NCBI GenBank assembly: GCA_016193065.1
Contig: JACPSX010000217.1
Coordinates: 1-44,778 of the forward strand
Direction of reading: 5' to 3'
Length of the DNA stretch: 44,778 nucleotides
From: Candidatus Tectimicrobiota bacterium
Lineage (GTDB): Bacteria > JACPSX01
Shown: positions 15,850 to 23,963 of the stretch, piece by piece
How the letters are laid out: every line of letters starts with the position of its first letter
Numbering within the stretch: position 1 is the stretch's first letter
Program-made: the position numbers and the translations under genes
Notes under the pieces: model-generated
What the model saw: the letters and a program-made list of their open reading frames with translations, nothing else
Told to the model about the DNA's origin: nothing
Databases searched by the model: none

Positions 15850-16764
15850 TCAGGAAACCTGATCAGGGTCAGTGGGCATGGATGGATTTCTTATCAAACC
15901 GTGGCTGGAGAGGCCGGATTCGAAACTCCTGGCAGCCATCTCGAGCGGAGACAGCTTCAGTGCGGAAGAAGTGGTCTGTTCCTTACCGGATCTGTTCCGC
16001 CGAGGGGTTCCTTCCAGAAAGCGGTGATACTCTTCAGGACTGATCAACTTTTTTTGTCCAACGCCCTCGGGCAGATCAGGTTCTAAGACCTCAGACGCGC
16101 TACCCTCGGGTTCTCCCCTCAACATCGGCAACGGCATGCCCGAGAGGGAATGGGGTTGGAGGGCTGCTTCCGGCCGCCAGTCCACCTTCATCCAGGATTC
16201 CTCCGTGTTAGGAGAAATCCAGGCCGCCGGAGTATGGGCCACGTTCGAGCGAGTCAGAGGAAAAAAGGTTCCGTCCGGTGCCACCAGCCCCAATTCCGCG
16301 CACAAGGACTTTTGGGGGCTCCACAGGTTGATGTACCAGTTCCGGGCCGACGGGCTGATTTCGACGTTAAAAGAACTATGGGCGTTGGAGCCGTCAAACT
16401 GAATCCACGTGACATCGTAAACCCGCAGGATCCAGCGGGCCTGTCCAGCCCCCCTTTCCGTACGGGCGCTCATTTTCCGTGCGTCCTGCGCCGACAGTTC
16501 CCAGTAAGCATGAACCCAGAAGGGGTCTACGGGCATGAGGACCAGACGGGTCTCCCCATAGGCTTCCGGGAGAAAGGCTTCCTCCTCTGCCCGGAGAACC
16601 GGTGGAGGCGGGGAAGCAGCCGGGGATTTCGCAGCTTCCCGGCGGGCCAAATTCTGGAGGTCTTTACGGGTCAAACGGCGCAGAGCTGCACGGGATTCAG
16701 ATTGCAGCCTGTCTTTTCCTGTTCGGAGTTTTCCGCTGGCGCGGCCGAGCTTTTTCCGGGGCAT
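15850..16764 (-). CDS. DUF4912 domain protein
   Basis: YGETRLVLMPVDPFWVHAYWEL signature after a basic, low-complexity N-terminus. It is embedded between GH57 genes. Confidence 0.7.
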   Translation of the reverse strand: MPRKKLGRASGKLRTGKDRLQSESRAALRRLTRKDLQNLARREAAKSPAASPPPPVLRAEEEAFLPEAYGETRLVLMPVDPFWVHAYWELSAQDARKMSARTERGAGQARWILRVYDVTWIQFDGSNAHSSFNVEISPSARNWYINLWSPQKSLCAELGLVAPDGTFFPLTRSNVAHTPAAWISPNTEESWMKVDWRPEAALQPHSLSGMPLPMLRGEPEGSASEVLEPDLPEGVGQKKLISPEEYHRFLEGTPRRNRSGKEQTTSSALKLSPLEMAARSFESGLSSHGLIRNPSMPTDPDQVS

Positions 16765-16842
16765 GGTCTATTTTAACCCCGATCCGGAAAAAGATCGAGC
16801 CTTTCGGGAGGGCTGGGTCGCGGCCGGAATTTCGGCTCGAGG

Positions 16843-17052
16843 TCAGTTCCCAGGTCGGAAGCATTTCCACTCCAACCTACAATCCGAACACTTGAGTGCC
16901 CCATCCACGTTGTAGTAGGTGGCATAGCCGGTGGAGGTCTCGGATTTGGCCAGGGTCATCTCATCGTGGAAGTGGGCGTGCTCATGGCACAGGCCGCGGC
17001 CGCAGGCAGCACAGGATCCCCTGGCTTCCTGCTCACAGAACCAACATTTCAT
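16843..17052 (-). CDS. Cys-rich zinc-ribbon mini-protein (DUF2180-like)
   Basis: 69 aa: MKCWFCEQEARGSCAACGRGLCHEHAHFHD...KCSDCRLEWKC, i.e. CxxC...CxxC..CxxH...CxxC. The family assignment is tentative. Confidence 0.45.
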   Translation of the reverse strand: MKCWFCEQEARGSCAACGRGLCHEHAHFHDEMTLAKSETSTGYATYYNVDGALKCSDCRLEWKCFRPGN

Positions 17053-17120
17053 AGCGTCTCGCTCCTCTTACCTGGCCCCCTCCCGACGCGGGACAGAGGA
17101 TAAGGGCTCCCAGAACCTCC

Positions 17121-18296
17121 TCAGTGGACCATCCCGCGGATCTCGTCAAGCATCTGACGGGCGACTCCGGTTTGTTCATACAATTTGGGAATCCAGGAGT
17201 CTCCCCAAAAGAGATAACAGCTCGTTTCCGCTCTGAGGATGTGCTCGCGCACGCGGTTCAACTTGTGTCCAATGGGTTCCGGTTGCTTTCCAGTAACGGC
17301 CTTCCAGGTTTCGTGGTAGGTCCGACTCAACTGCCAGATTTCCTCGAGAGCCCTGCGCTGGGAGGCCGACCCGGCCCACTGAGAAAAATCATAGCCACTG
17401 GTTGTCCCCACGTTCCATGCCCCTGTCTGGACGTCGACTTTGCTCAGCGGAGGGTTGTCCGCAACGAACTCGGATAGGGTCGTGGGTCGAATCGGCATCT
17501 GGCCGGATCGTACTCGTTCCATGTAGGGAGAAAAGAAATGTCCCCAAAACCCGGCTCCTTCATCCATCTGGCGGAACCAGCCGCCGTTTTCCCCATCCGA
17601 CCAGGTGGTCACCAGACAAGGCCCGTGCGCAGCGGCTGTCTTCCTGCGGACCTCTCCGTCGAACCAGCCCGGATCGAGCCCGCTTTCCTGGGCGTTGCTC
17701 AGGTCGCGGTCGCGGGGAACGACCGTAATCCGCGCCCCTTCGTACTCGGCGATGTGGGGCCGATAGACCCTCTCCTCGTGACTCAACGCCGTCCTGGGCT
17801 TCACGTGAACGCTATCAATGACCACGGACTCGTAACCGTGGCGGGCCAGCGCGGGAATCATCTCCATCGTGAACGCCATTTCCGGCGGCCAGAAGATCCT
17901 GGGCTCCCGCCCGAAAACCTCCCGAACTTTTTCCCGACCCCGCTCGATCTGTTCGTCCCAATCCTCCTGCGGGATCAACGGGAAGATCGGATGGTAATAC
18001 CCCATGCCGACGATCTCGATATTGGGCGTGTTCCGGTAACTGTTGAGCATCGCAGGGATGTCAACAATGCCCGAATAACGGGCGATGATCTGGGGATCCA
18101 GCAGTTGTTCCAGCAGAATTCCCGAAAAGCCCACGCAGAACCGGGCCACATCCGGGTACTGCCAGGCGTACTTGAGCGGGCGATCATAGCACAGCATGAT
18201 CTGCCTCGCTTCCCATTCGTTGGTCTCCGCCAGCAGCTCAAGATTTCCCGGTGGTTGATGCATGTGGAATCCCAGGATGTGTCGAATCTCTACCAT
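17121..18296 (-). CDS. GH57-family glycoside hydrolase/transferase, paralog 3
   Basis: MVEIRHILGFHMHQPPGNLELL, IFWPPEMAF, TTWSDGENGGWF. The ATG at 18296 has a GGGAGGAAAC RBS; the track start at 18401 runs into the repeat element. Confidence 0.8.
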   Translation of the reverse strand: MVEIRHILGFHMHQPPGNLELLAETNEWEARQIMLCYDRPLKYAWQYPDVARFCVGFSGILLEQLLDPQIIARYSGIVDIPAMLNSYRNTPNIEIVGMGYYHPIFPLIPQEDWDEQIERGREKVREVFGREPRIFWPPEMAFTMEMIPALARHGYESVVIDSVHVKPRTALSHEERVYRPHIAEYEGARITVVPRDRDLSNAQESGLDPGWFDGEVRRKTAAAHGPCLVTTWSDGENGGWFRQMDEGAGFWGHFFSPYMERVRSGQMPIRPTTLSEFVADNPPLSKVDVQTGAWNVGTTSGYDFSQWAGSASQRRALEEIWQLSRTYHETWKAVTGKQPEPIGHKLNRVREHILRAETSCYLFWGDSWIPKLYEQTGVARQMLDEIRGMVH

Positions 18297-18386
18297 GTTT
18301 CCTCCCGATCGGGAAGGTCGGCGGGCGGCCAACACCCAGCGGGTACCCGGCCGCCCGCTACCACCCTTCCTGACCCTCCCCTCTTG

Positions 18387-18518
18387 GAGACTGTGTCGCA
18401 ATCCACCGTTCGCCCTTCGACAAGCTCAGGACGAACGGGTAAGTGGTTGGATTTCCGTGTGTCGTCGTCCGTTCGTGGTGAGCCTGTCGAACCATAAACG
18501 GACTTATGACACAGTCTC
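18387..18518 (+). repeat. Structured palindromic intergenic element, family A, copy 2
   Basis: 11-bp terminal inverted repeats GAGACTGTGTC / GACACAGTCTC. Hairpins CCGTTCG..CGAACGG and GTCCGTT..AACGGAC. Spurious translations read FALRQAQDER and VVSLSNHKR. Confidence 0.65.
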
Positions 18519-18595
18519 TTGAGGAGGAGGAACGCCTCGCGCCGGCGGCGCAGGCAGGGGTGGGGGGTCTCTTTTCAGGCTCATGCCATTTCGAA

Positions 18596-19726
18596 TCAGG
18601 CGCAGTACACATGCAGCACACGATCCGCCACGGAATTCCAGGAGAAAGCCGCTTCTGCGGCGACCCGGCCGTTTCTCCCCATCCAGCGGGCCCATTCGAA
18701 ATTCGTGAAGAGGGTACCGAGACCCCAGGCCACGGAGTTCGAGGTGGGATAGATTTTCAGACCGGTTACCTCGTGCCAGACAAATTCGTCCGGGCCGCCG
18801 TTCTTCGAGGCCATCGTGATCCCAAAGGGTTCATTGCGGCTGGGGACACAAACCACATCACTGATCTTGTAGAGGTTTTGTAGCTCCTCCCCACCGCGGT
18901 GTCCCAAAAAGCGGCAGGCGTGGTCCACCCCCATCTGCTGGGCCCTGTGCTGACAAGAGCCCCGCATGTCTCCATCCCCTGCAAAGACAAACTTCGTGCG
19001 GGGGTGGTAGCGGAGGATCATGGGGATGGCCTCCACCAGAAGGTCCGGACCCTTCTGATAGGTCATGCGTCCGGAGAAGAGCACCATCGGGTCCAGGGGA
19101 CCGACGTCATAATTCTTGCGGAGAACACCCGGGTCGGCAACCCAGCCGTCAAAGTCGTGGACGTTCACTCCGTTATAGATCACATCGACCTTCCAGTCGG
19201 GGAGGTTGTACATCCACATCACTTCCCCTTTCAGGGCTTTGGAGACGGTGACCACCCGGTCGGCACAGAAGGTCCCGTGGCGCTCGTGATCCCGGATGCG
19301 GGTGGATTGCCCGCCCCAGAAATTGTTGCCGCAGCGCCCGTATTCCGTGGAATGAATCGTCAAGATCCCTTTTCGTCCCCGACCTTCCTTGACCCAAACC
19401 ATGGCGTTGGAAGCAAGCCAGTCGTGGGCATGAACCACATCGAAACCCGCCCCCATGTGGTCCTCGGCGGCAAACAGGTGGTGGACGAAGGAGCGGCACA
19501 TGTTCTGGATTTCGTCCACGAAGTTGGGGTTCAAATCAAAAGGGCAGCGGTGGTACCAGACTCTGTGAATCCGCTCCAGGTGGGGTTGGTCCTGACCCAT
19601 GCGGGTGAAGACGTGCACCTCGTGACCTTTGCACTCCAAAGCGGCAGCCAGGTCGGTGACGTGGACTCCCACTCCTCCGACGGGAATCGAGTGCAGTGAC
19701 TCCCAGGCCAGCAAGGCAATCTTCAT
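18596..19726 (-). CDS. GT4-type (GT-B) glycosyltransferase, glycogen/alpha-glucan synthase-like
   Basis: MKIALLAWESLHSIPVGGVGVHVTDLAAALECKGHEVHVFT, HDWLA, SRNEPFG. It is the first gene of the glucan cluster. See the finding on the altered EX7E region. Confidence 0.8.
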   Translation of the reverse strand: MKIALLAWESLHSIPVGGVGVHVTDLAAALECKGHEVHVFTRMGQDQPHLERIHRVWYHRCPFDLNPNFVDEIQNMCRSFVHHLFAAEDHMGAGFDVVHAHDWLASNAMVWVKEGRGRKGILTIHSTEYGRCGNNFWGGQSTRIRDHERHGTFCADRVVTVSKALKGEVMWMYNLPDWKVDVIYNGVNVHDFDGWVADPGVLRKNYDVGPLDPMVLFSGRMTYQKGPDLLVEAIPMILRYHPRTKFVFAGDGDMRGSCQHRAQQMGVDHACRFLGHRGGEELQNLYKISDVVCVPSRNEPFGITMASKNGGPDEFVWHEVTGLKIYPTSNSVAWGLGTLFTNFEWARWMGRNGRVAAEAAFSWNSVADRVLHVYCA

Positions 19727-19774
19727 CTCTCAGCCCCTCGCCCTTCCCTGGTGAAAACCGCGTTTACCCAATCC

Positions 19775-20059
19775 TTATCGGATTAGTTCAGGATTTCCCC
19801 AACCTCTTATTTCATGGAGATATTCAAGGAGATGGAACCTGGGGATTGCTCCCACAAGGGTGAGCCGATCGGATTCGCAGAGATCCAATAGGTCGCAGAC
19901 AATAGAGAGCCATCCCTCCCCTGCCAAGAGGGACAGGTCATCTCGGGGGATATAAAGGGAGACCATAATCTCTGGATACCGGCGAGCAAATTCAAGGAAG
20001 TGGACATAGAATTCTTTGCGGCTCTCGGAAAAGAGATCAACAGAGACTGACTGACCCAT
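19775..20059 (-). CDS. Hypothetical protein
   Basis: ORF downstream of fba. I prefer the ATG at 20059 (MGQSVSVDLF...). No family recognised; it has a faint STAS-like C-terminal pattern. Confidence 0.35.
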   Translation of the reverse strand: MGQSVSVDLFSESRKEFYVHFLEFARRYPEIMVSLYIPRDDLSLLAGEGWLSIVCDLLDLCESDRLTLVGAIPRFHLLEYLHEIRGWGNPELIR

Positions 20060-20351
20060 GACACCTACCTCCAGGGGCTCCACCCCAGCAACTAGGCCCT
20101 GGCGGATGGACCTAAATCCGTTGACTCCCAAGCCTCATCCGATTTCACGGAGGGCTTCGGGTTGGATTCTCACGGATCCTTCAGAGAAGAATTTTCTTGA
20201 GGTTCAACAAGCAAGGCGGATGACTTTGACTTCCTCAATCTCCGAGCTTTGAAAAGACAAAGAACTTTCTTCTCTTCTTCCTTTTTTTATTCAATATGGC
20301 TCGCGGACCCTTCTCCGTCAATGAAGAAGAGAGGATTTTCAAAAAATGTGT

Positions 20352-21260
20352 TCAAGACCCGAATTCTTTCAGCAAGGACTTGAGTTGTTGTGTGATCTTC
20401 ATGGCCTCCGGGAACGGACGCTGCCAGAGGTTGCGGCCGAAGATAAACCCCGTAGCTCCCGATTCCATGGAGGTGCGGGCTTTTTCCAGGAGTTCCTCGT
20501 CACTCATCTTTTCTCCGCCCGAGATAATCACCAATGCCTTGCCCGCCGAACGGATGACTTGGCGCACCATCTCCTCCGGGCTCCACTGGATCGTTTTATA
20601 TGGGGCCGGGGAGTTCTTGTCCTTCTCGGGATTGGCCACGGGAAGATTTAACTTAATCACATCCGCTCCGAGCTCCGCGGCGACCCGCGCCGCGTAATCA
20701 ATGGCGTAAAGGCTGTTTCTCCCTCCTTTCTTCTCAATGTCCCGGCCTCGCGGGTAAGCCCAGACAATCAGGGGCATGCCGTAGCGCTCGGCCTGGCGGC
20801 GAACGTCCTTGAACTGGGCAATGTCCCGATCTTGAGCGGGCGAGCCCACGTACAGCGTGTAGCCCACCGCGTCGGCCCCCAACCGGACTGCATCGGTCAC
20901 CGCCCCAGTCAGGGGCGAAAAAGCTTCCTCGTCCGAAGGAACTTCGGTTTTTCCGTTGAGCTTCAGGATGATGGGCACATCGCCTTCGTATCCCCGCAGA
21001 TATTTCTGCGCTAAACCAAAATGGAGAGCGATTCCCGAGTAGCCTCCCTCTTTGGCCAGGCGAAACTGGAATTCAGGATCTGCGCTGTCCGGATTCGGAA
21101 AAAAATCCCTCGGCCCATGCTCGAGCCCCTGATCGATGGGGAGAACCAGAAGGGTGCCGTTGCCCGGCCCGTGCTCGTACAGAAGGCGGTGAAGCCGAAC
21201 CCTCTTCCCGGGACTCAAATCGAGATCACTCAGGGTGGGACGCGATACCGTTCCTTTCAT
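20352..21260 (-). CDS. Class I fructose-bisphosphate aldolase (DhnA/archaeal-type, DeoC/LacD-fold)
   Basis: [14 protein letters not shown]..., VIKLNLP, ISGGEK. 302 aa, immediately downstream of pfkA. Confidence 0.8.
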   Translation of the reverse strand: MKGTVSRPTLSDLDLSPGKRVRLHRLLYEHGPGNGTLLVLPIDQGLEHGPRDFFPNPDSADPEFQFRLAKEGGYSGIALHFGLAQKYLRGYEGDVPIILKLNGKTEVPSDEEAFSPLTGAVTDAVRLGADAVGYTLYVGSPAQDRDIAQFKDVRRQAERYGMPLIVWAYPRGRDIEKKGGRNSLYAIDYAARVAAELGADVIKLNLPVANPEKDKNSPAPYKTIQWSPEEMVRQVIRSAGKALVIISGGEKMSDEELLEKARTSMESGATGFIFGRNLWQRPFPEAMKITQQLKSLLKEFGS

Positions 21261-21283
21261 TTTGTTTCCTCCTTCAAGCCCTT

Positions 21284-22255
21284 TTAGCGGGCCAGGACTC
21301 TGGAAAGCTCATACAAGGTCAAGTCCAGCTCCTTTTTTGTCGAGGCTACCACATCGAGGGGCGTAGAGGCCACCTCTCCTTTGCGAAGGCCCGTAAGAAC
21401 TCCAAACTCTCCGGATACAACCCTCTCGACCGCCCCCGCGCCCAGCCGGGTGGAGAGAAGCCGATCGAAGGCTCCGGGGGCTCCCCCCCTCTGCACATGG
21501 CCCAGGGTCGTGACCCGCAGATCAAACCCCAGCGTGGCCCGGTGCGTTTTAAAATGCTGGGCCAGCTTGACGGCATTAGACTCGGCCCCCTCGGCGACCA
21601 CGATCAGGGCATGGGCTTTCCCGCGCACATAGGCATCCCTCAATTCGCCGACCACTGTGTCCGGGTCCGCGTCAATCTCGGGGATAAGAACCGCCTCGGC
21701 CCCTCCGGCAATCGCTGCCATGAGAGCCAGATAGCCGCATTTCCGACCCATCACCTCCACCAGAAAGGCGCGCTGATGGGAGGAGGCCGTGGTCTTCAAG
21801 CGGTCAATGGCTTCCAGAGCAATGTTCAGAGCCGTATCGACTCCAATCGTAATGTCGGATCCGTAAAGGTCGTTGTCGATCGTAGAGGCCACGCCCACGA
21901 CAGGGTATCCTTTGCGCCACAAGGCATAAGCTCCGCTCTGGGAACCGTTGCCGCCAATGACCACCAACGCCTCCACTCCTTTCCGGTTGAGCTGCCGCAG
22001 GGCCTCTTCAAGACCCTTTTCCGTTTCAAACTCCGGGCTGCGGGCACTCCCCAGGATGGTTCCCCCGCGGTGGATGATCCCTCCCACATCTCGATCCCCC
22101 AGAGGGGACATCTCCCCCGCGATGAGCCCCGCATACCCCCGGTAAACACCGTAGACCTCAAGCCCCCGGGCGAGCCCGCAGCGCACCACGGCACGAATTG
22201 CCCCGTTCATGCCGGGAGCGTCTCCACCGCTGGTGAGAACCCCAATCCGTTTCAT
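21284..22255 (-). CDS. pfkA: 6-phosphofructokinase
   Basis: [60 protein letters not shown]. Confidence 0.92.
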   Translation of the reverse strand: MKRIGVLTSGGDAPGMNGAIRAVVRCGLARGLEVYGVYRGYAGLIAGEMSPLGDRDVGGIIHRGGTILGSARSPEFETEKGLEEALRQLNRKGVEALVVIGGNGSQSGAYALWRKGYPVVGVASTIDNDLYGSDITIGVDTALNIALEAIDRLKTTASSHQRAFLVEVMGRKCGYLALMAAIAGGAEAVLIPEIDADPDTVVGELRDAYVRGKAHALIVVAEGAESNAVKLAQHFKTHRATLGFDLRVTTLGHVQRGGAPGAFDRLLSTRLGAGAVERVVSGEFGVLTGLRKGEVASTPLDVVASTKKELDLTLYELSRVLAR

Positions 22256-22279
22256 GTCGATTACTCCTCGAACCCGAGA

Positions 22280-22768
22280 TTATGGAAAGATCATCCCCGA
22301 GACTATGGTCATCACAGTGCCCACGATGACTCCATAGACCACGTGAATCGCGATGGTCGTAAACAAAGACCTCGCGACCCCGAGCCTGGCTCCAAACCAT
22401 CCCAGGCCCAGGGCCGGATAGAACACAAACCAGATGAGCGGCAGGGTCACCTGGGCAAACAAAAGTCCCGACACCCAGCCCCAGGAAGCAGCGGGAATGA
22501 CCAGCGTATAGACGAGACCGAAGAGCGCCCCAAAGAAGTAGTGCCCGAGGATCGCCACCGGATACTCGCCCGCCTGGACCGGTTCTTCCTCGACGGGAAC
22601 ACCCCAGAGGATCCCTCTTTGCAGAGATGCCAGAACCCAGCGTCCGATGAGAAGAGGAATCCCTGAAGTCATCGCTCCCACCCTGGCGCCAAGGGCGCGC
22701 ACGAGGTCCATGCCCACCGTGGCTAAAATCCCGGCCAACAGGCTAGCAACGATGATCCAGGTATCCAC
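22280..22768 (-). CDS. Hypothetical integral membrane protein (about 4 TM)
   Basis: 162-aa hydrophobic ORF. I cannot assign a family confidently. Confidence 0.5.
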   Translation of the reverse strand: MDTWIIVASLLAGILATVGMDLVRALGARVGAMTSGIPLLIGRWVLASLQRGILWGVPVEEEPVQAGEYPVAILGHYFFGALFGLVYTLVIPAASWGWVSGLLFAQVTLPLIWFVFYPALGLGWFGARLGVARSLFTTIAIHVVYGVIVGTVMTIVSGMIFP

Positions 22769-22804
22769 TCTTCTCTCCCCGCACCATCGGTTCCTCGCAG
22801 CCCT

Positions 22805-23188
22805 TCATGTTCCCCGGCTTTTGTTCCGGCTCACGATCAACTGCAGGCCCCGGACGGCGGTTATTACCACTTCCTCTCCCTTGCGGACCGGCTCCGCCGA
22901 CCGGGCATCCCAGATCTCGCCCCCGTAGCGCACTTTCCCCTCAGAGTCGAAGTCCTGCAAAGCCTCCGCAGTCGCCCCGATCATTCCTTCGGGACCGCTC
23001 ACCACAAGTTGCCGCATGGCTTTGATTACGAGGAAATACATTCCTAACGAGAGGACTACGACCAAGCCGTAGAAAGGGGCAGCGAATTGAAGGGGGAAAA
23101 AGTAAAACAGCGCCAACCCCAAGATTGGCATGGACAAGACTACATGGCACACCGGATATCCCCCGAAAAAAGCCCTCACCGCCTCCAA
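22805..23188 (-). CDS. NfeD-family membrane protein
   Basis: Two N-terminal TM segments, then an OB-fold-like tail GKVRYGGEIWDARSAEPVRKGEEVVITAVRGLQLIV. Confidence 0.68.
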   Translation of the reverse strand: MEAVRAFFGGYPVCHVVLSMPILGLALFYFFPLQFAAPFYGLVVVLSLGMYFLVIKAMRQLVVSGPEGMIGATAEALQDFDSEGKVRYGGEIWDARSAEPVRKGEEVVITAVRGLQLIVSRNKSRGT

Positions 23189-23219
23189 AAATCCATGGGC
23201 TTATAGTGTACCCCGATCC

Positions 23220-23307
23220 GAAAAAGAGTTAAACCCAACATTCGAAGGGATCCGCATGCCCTCGCAGTATTGAGCCATATGCTGTAATTGGAATTTCGGA
23301 TCGGGGT
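23220..23307. repeat. 14-bp perfect inverted repeat with a 60-nt spacer
   Basis: ACCCCGATCCGAAA (23220..23233) and TTTCGGATCGGGGT (23294..23307), between the redoxin and nfeD genes. Confidence 0.5.
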
Positions 23308-23336
23308 GTACCCGTTTCCGCCTCCAACCTCCATTC

Positions 23337-23963
23337 CTAGAACTTTGCTAACTCCTTCAACACTTCCTCGTTGCGGACGCCCATCTCGGGATCGTCCACC
23401 ATGGACCGGATGACTCCTTTCCCGTCGATGAGAATATAGGTGTGTCCGGGCGACACCCCGCGGTGCATGGAGGAAGGGAGGTCCAGAGCGCGATAGGCCC
23501 GGGCAACCTTTTTGTCCGTATCGAGCAGGATGGGAATGCCGCGAACTACTTCCGGATCCTGCTTGGCGGCCTTTTCCCAATCCTTTGCCCGGTCCACCGT
23601 CATTGCCAGAACGACAATGCCCTTCTGGCGGAAGCGAGCGTCGCTGGAGAAGGCCTTGATCTGGTCCCAGCAGGCCGGATAACACATGACCCCTTCCGTG
23701 AAGAACAAAACAACCTGCTTCCCTTTCAGGCCAGAGAGCCGATAGGTCTGACCTTGAAAGCTCCGCAAGGTAAAGTCCGGAGCTGAAGAGCCGACCTTGG
23801 GAGCCGCGGCATTTCCTTGGGAGTACCCGGGCCGTGATCCCGAAAACCAAAGGATTCCCGCCAAGATCAGCACTGCCGCACCGACCCCGAGGACAATCCG
23901 TTTCCGCCCCTTGACTGATTTTCTTTTTCTATTTCTCATTACCTCTCCTCTTCTATTTCCCAT
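23337..23963 (-). CDS. Membrane-anchored thioredoxin-fold redoxin (AhpC/TSA-like)
   Basis: N-terminal TM anchor, then APDFTLRSFQGQTYRLSGLKGKQVVLFFTEGVMCYPACW. Two in-frame SD+ATG copies (23963 and 23939) exist because of a 24-bp tandem duplication. Confidence 0.78.
   Translation of the reverse strand: MGNRRGEVMRNRKRKSVKGRKRIVLGVGAAVLILAGILWFSGSRPGYSQGNAAAPKVGSSAPDFTLRSFQGQTYRLSGLKGKQVVLFFTEGVMCYPACWDQIKAFSSDARFRQKGIVVLAMTVDRAKDWEKAAKQDPEVVRGIPILLDTDKKVARAYRALDLPSSMHRGVSPGHTYILIDGKGVIRSMVDDPEMGVRNEEVLKELAKF

Noticed and set aside
21497-22666. 389-aa plus-strand ORF across pfkA and the membrane protein gene
   Set aside because: It is antisense to an unmistakable PfkA. The sequence is low-complexity and basic, it spans an intergenic gap, and it has no RBS context.
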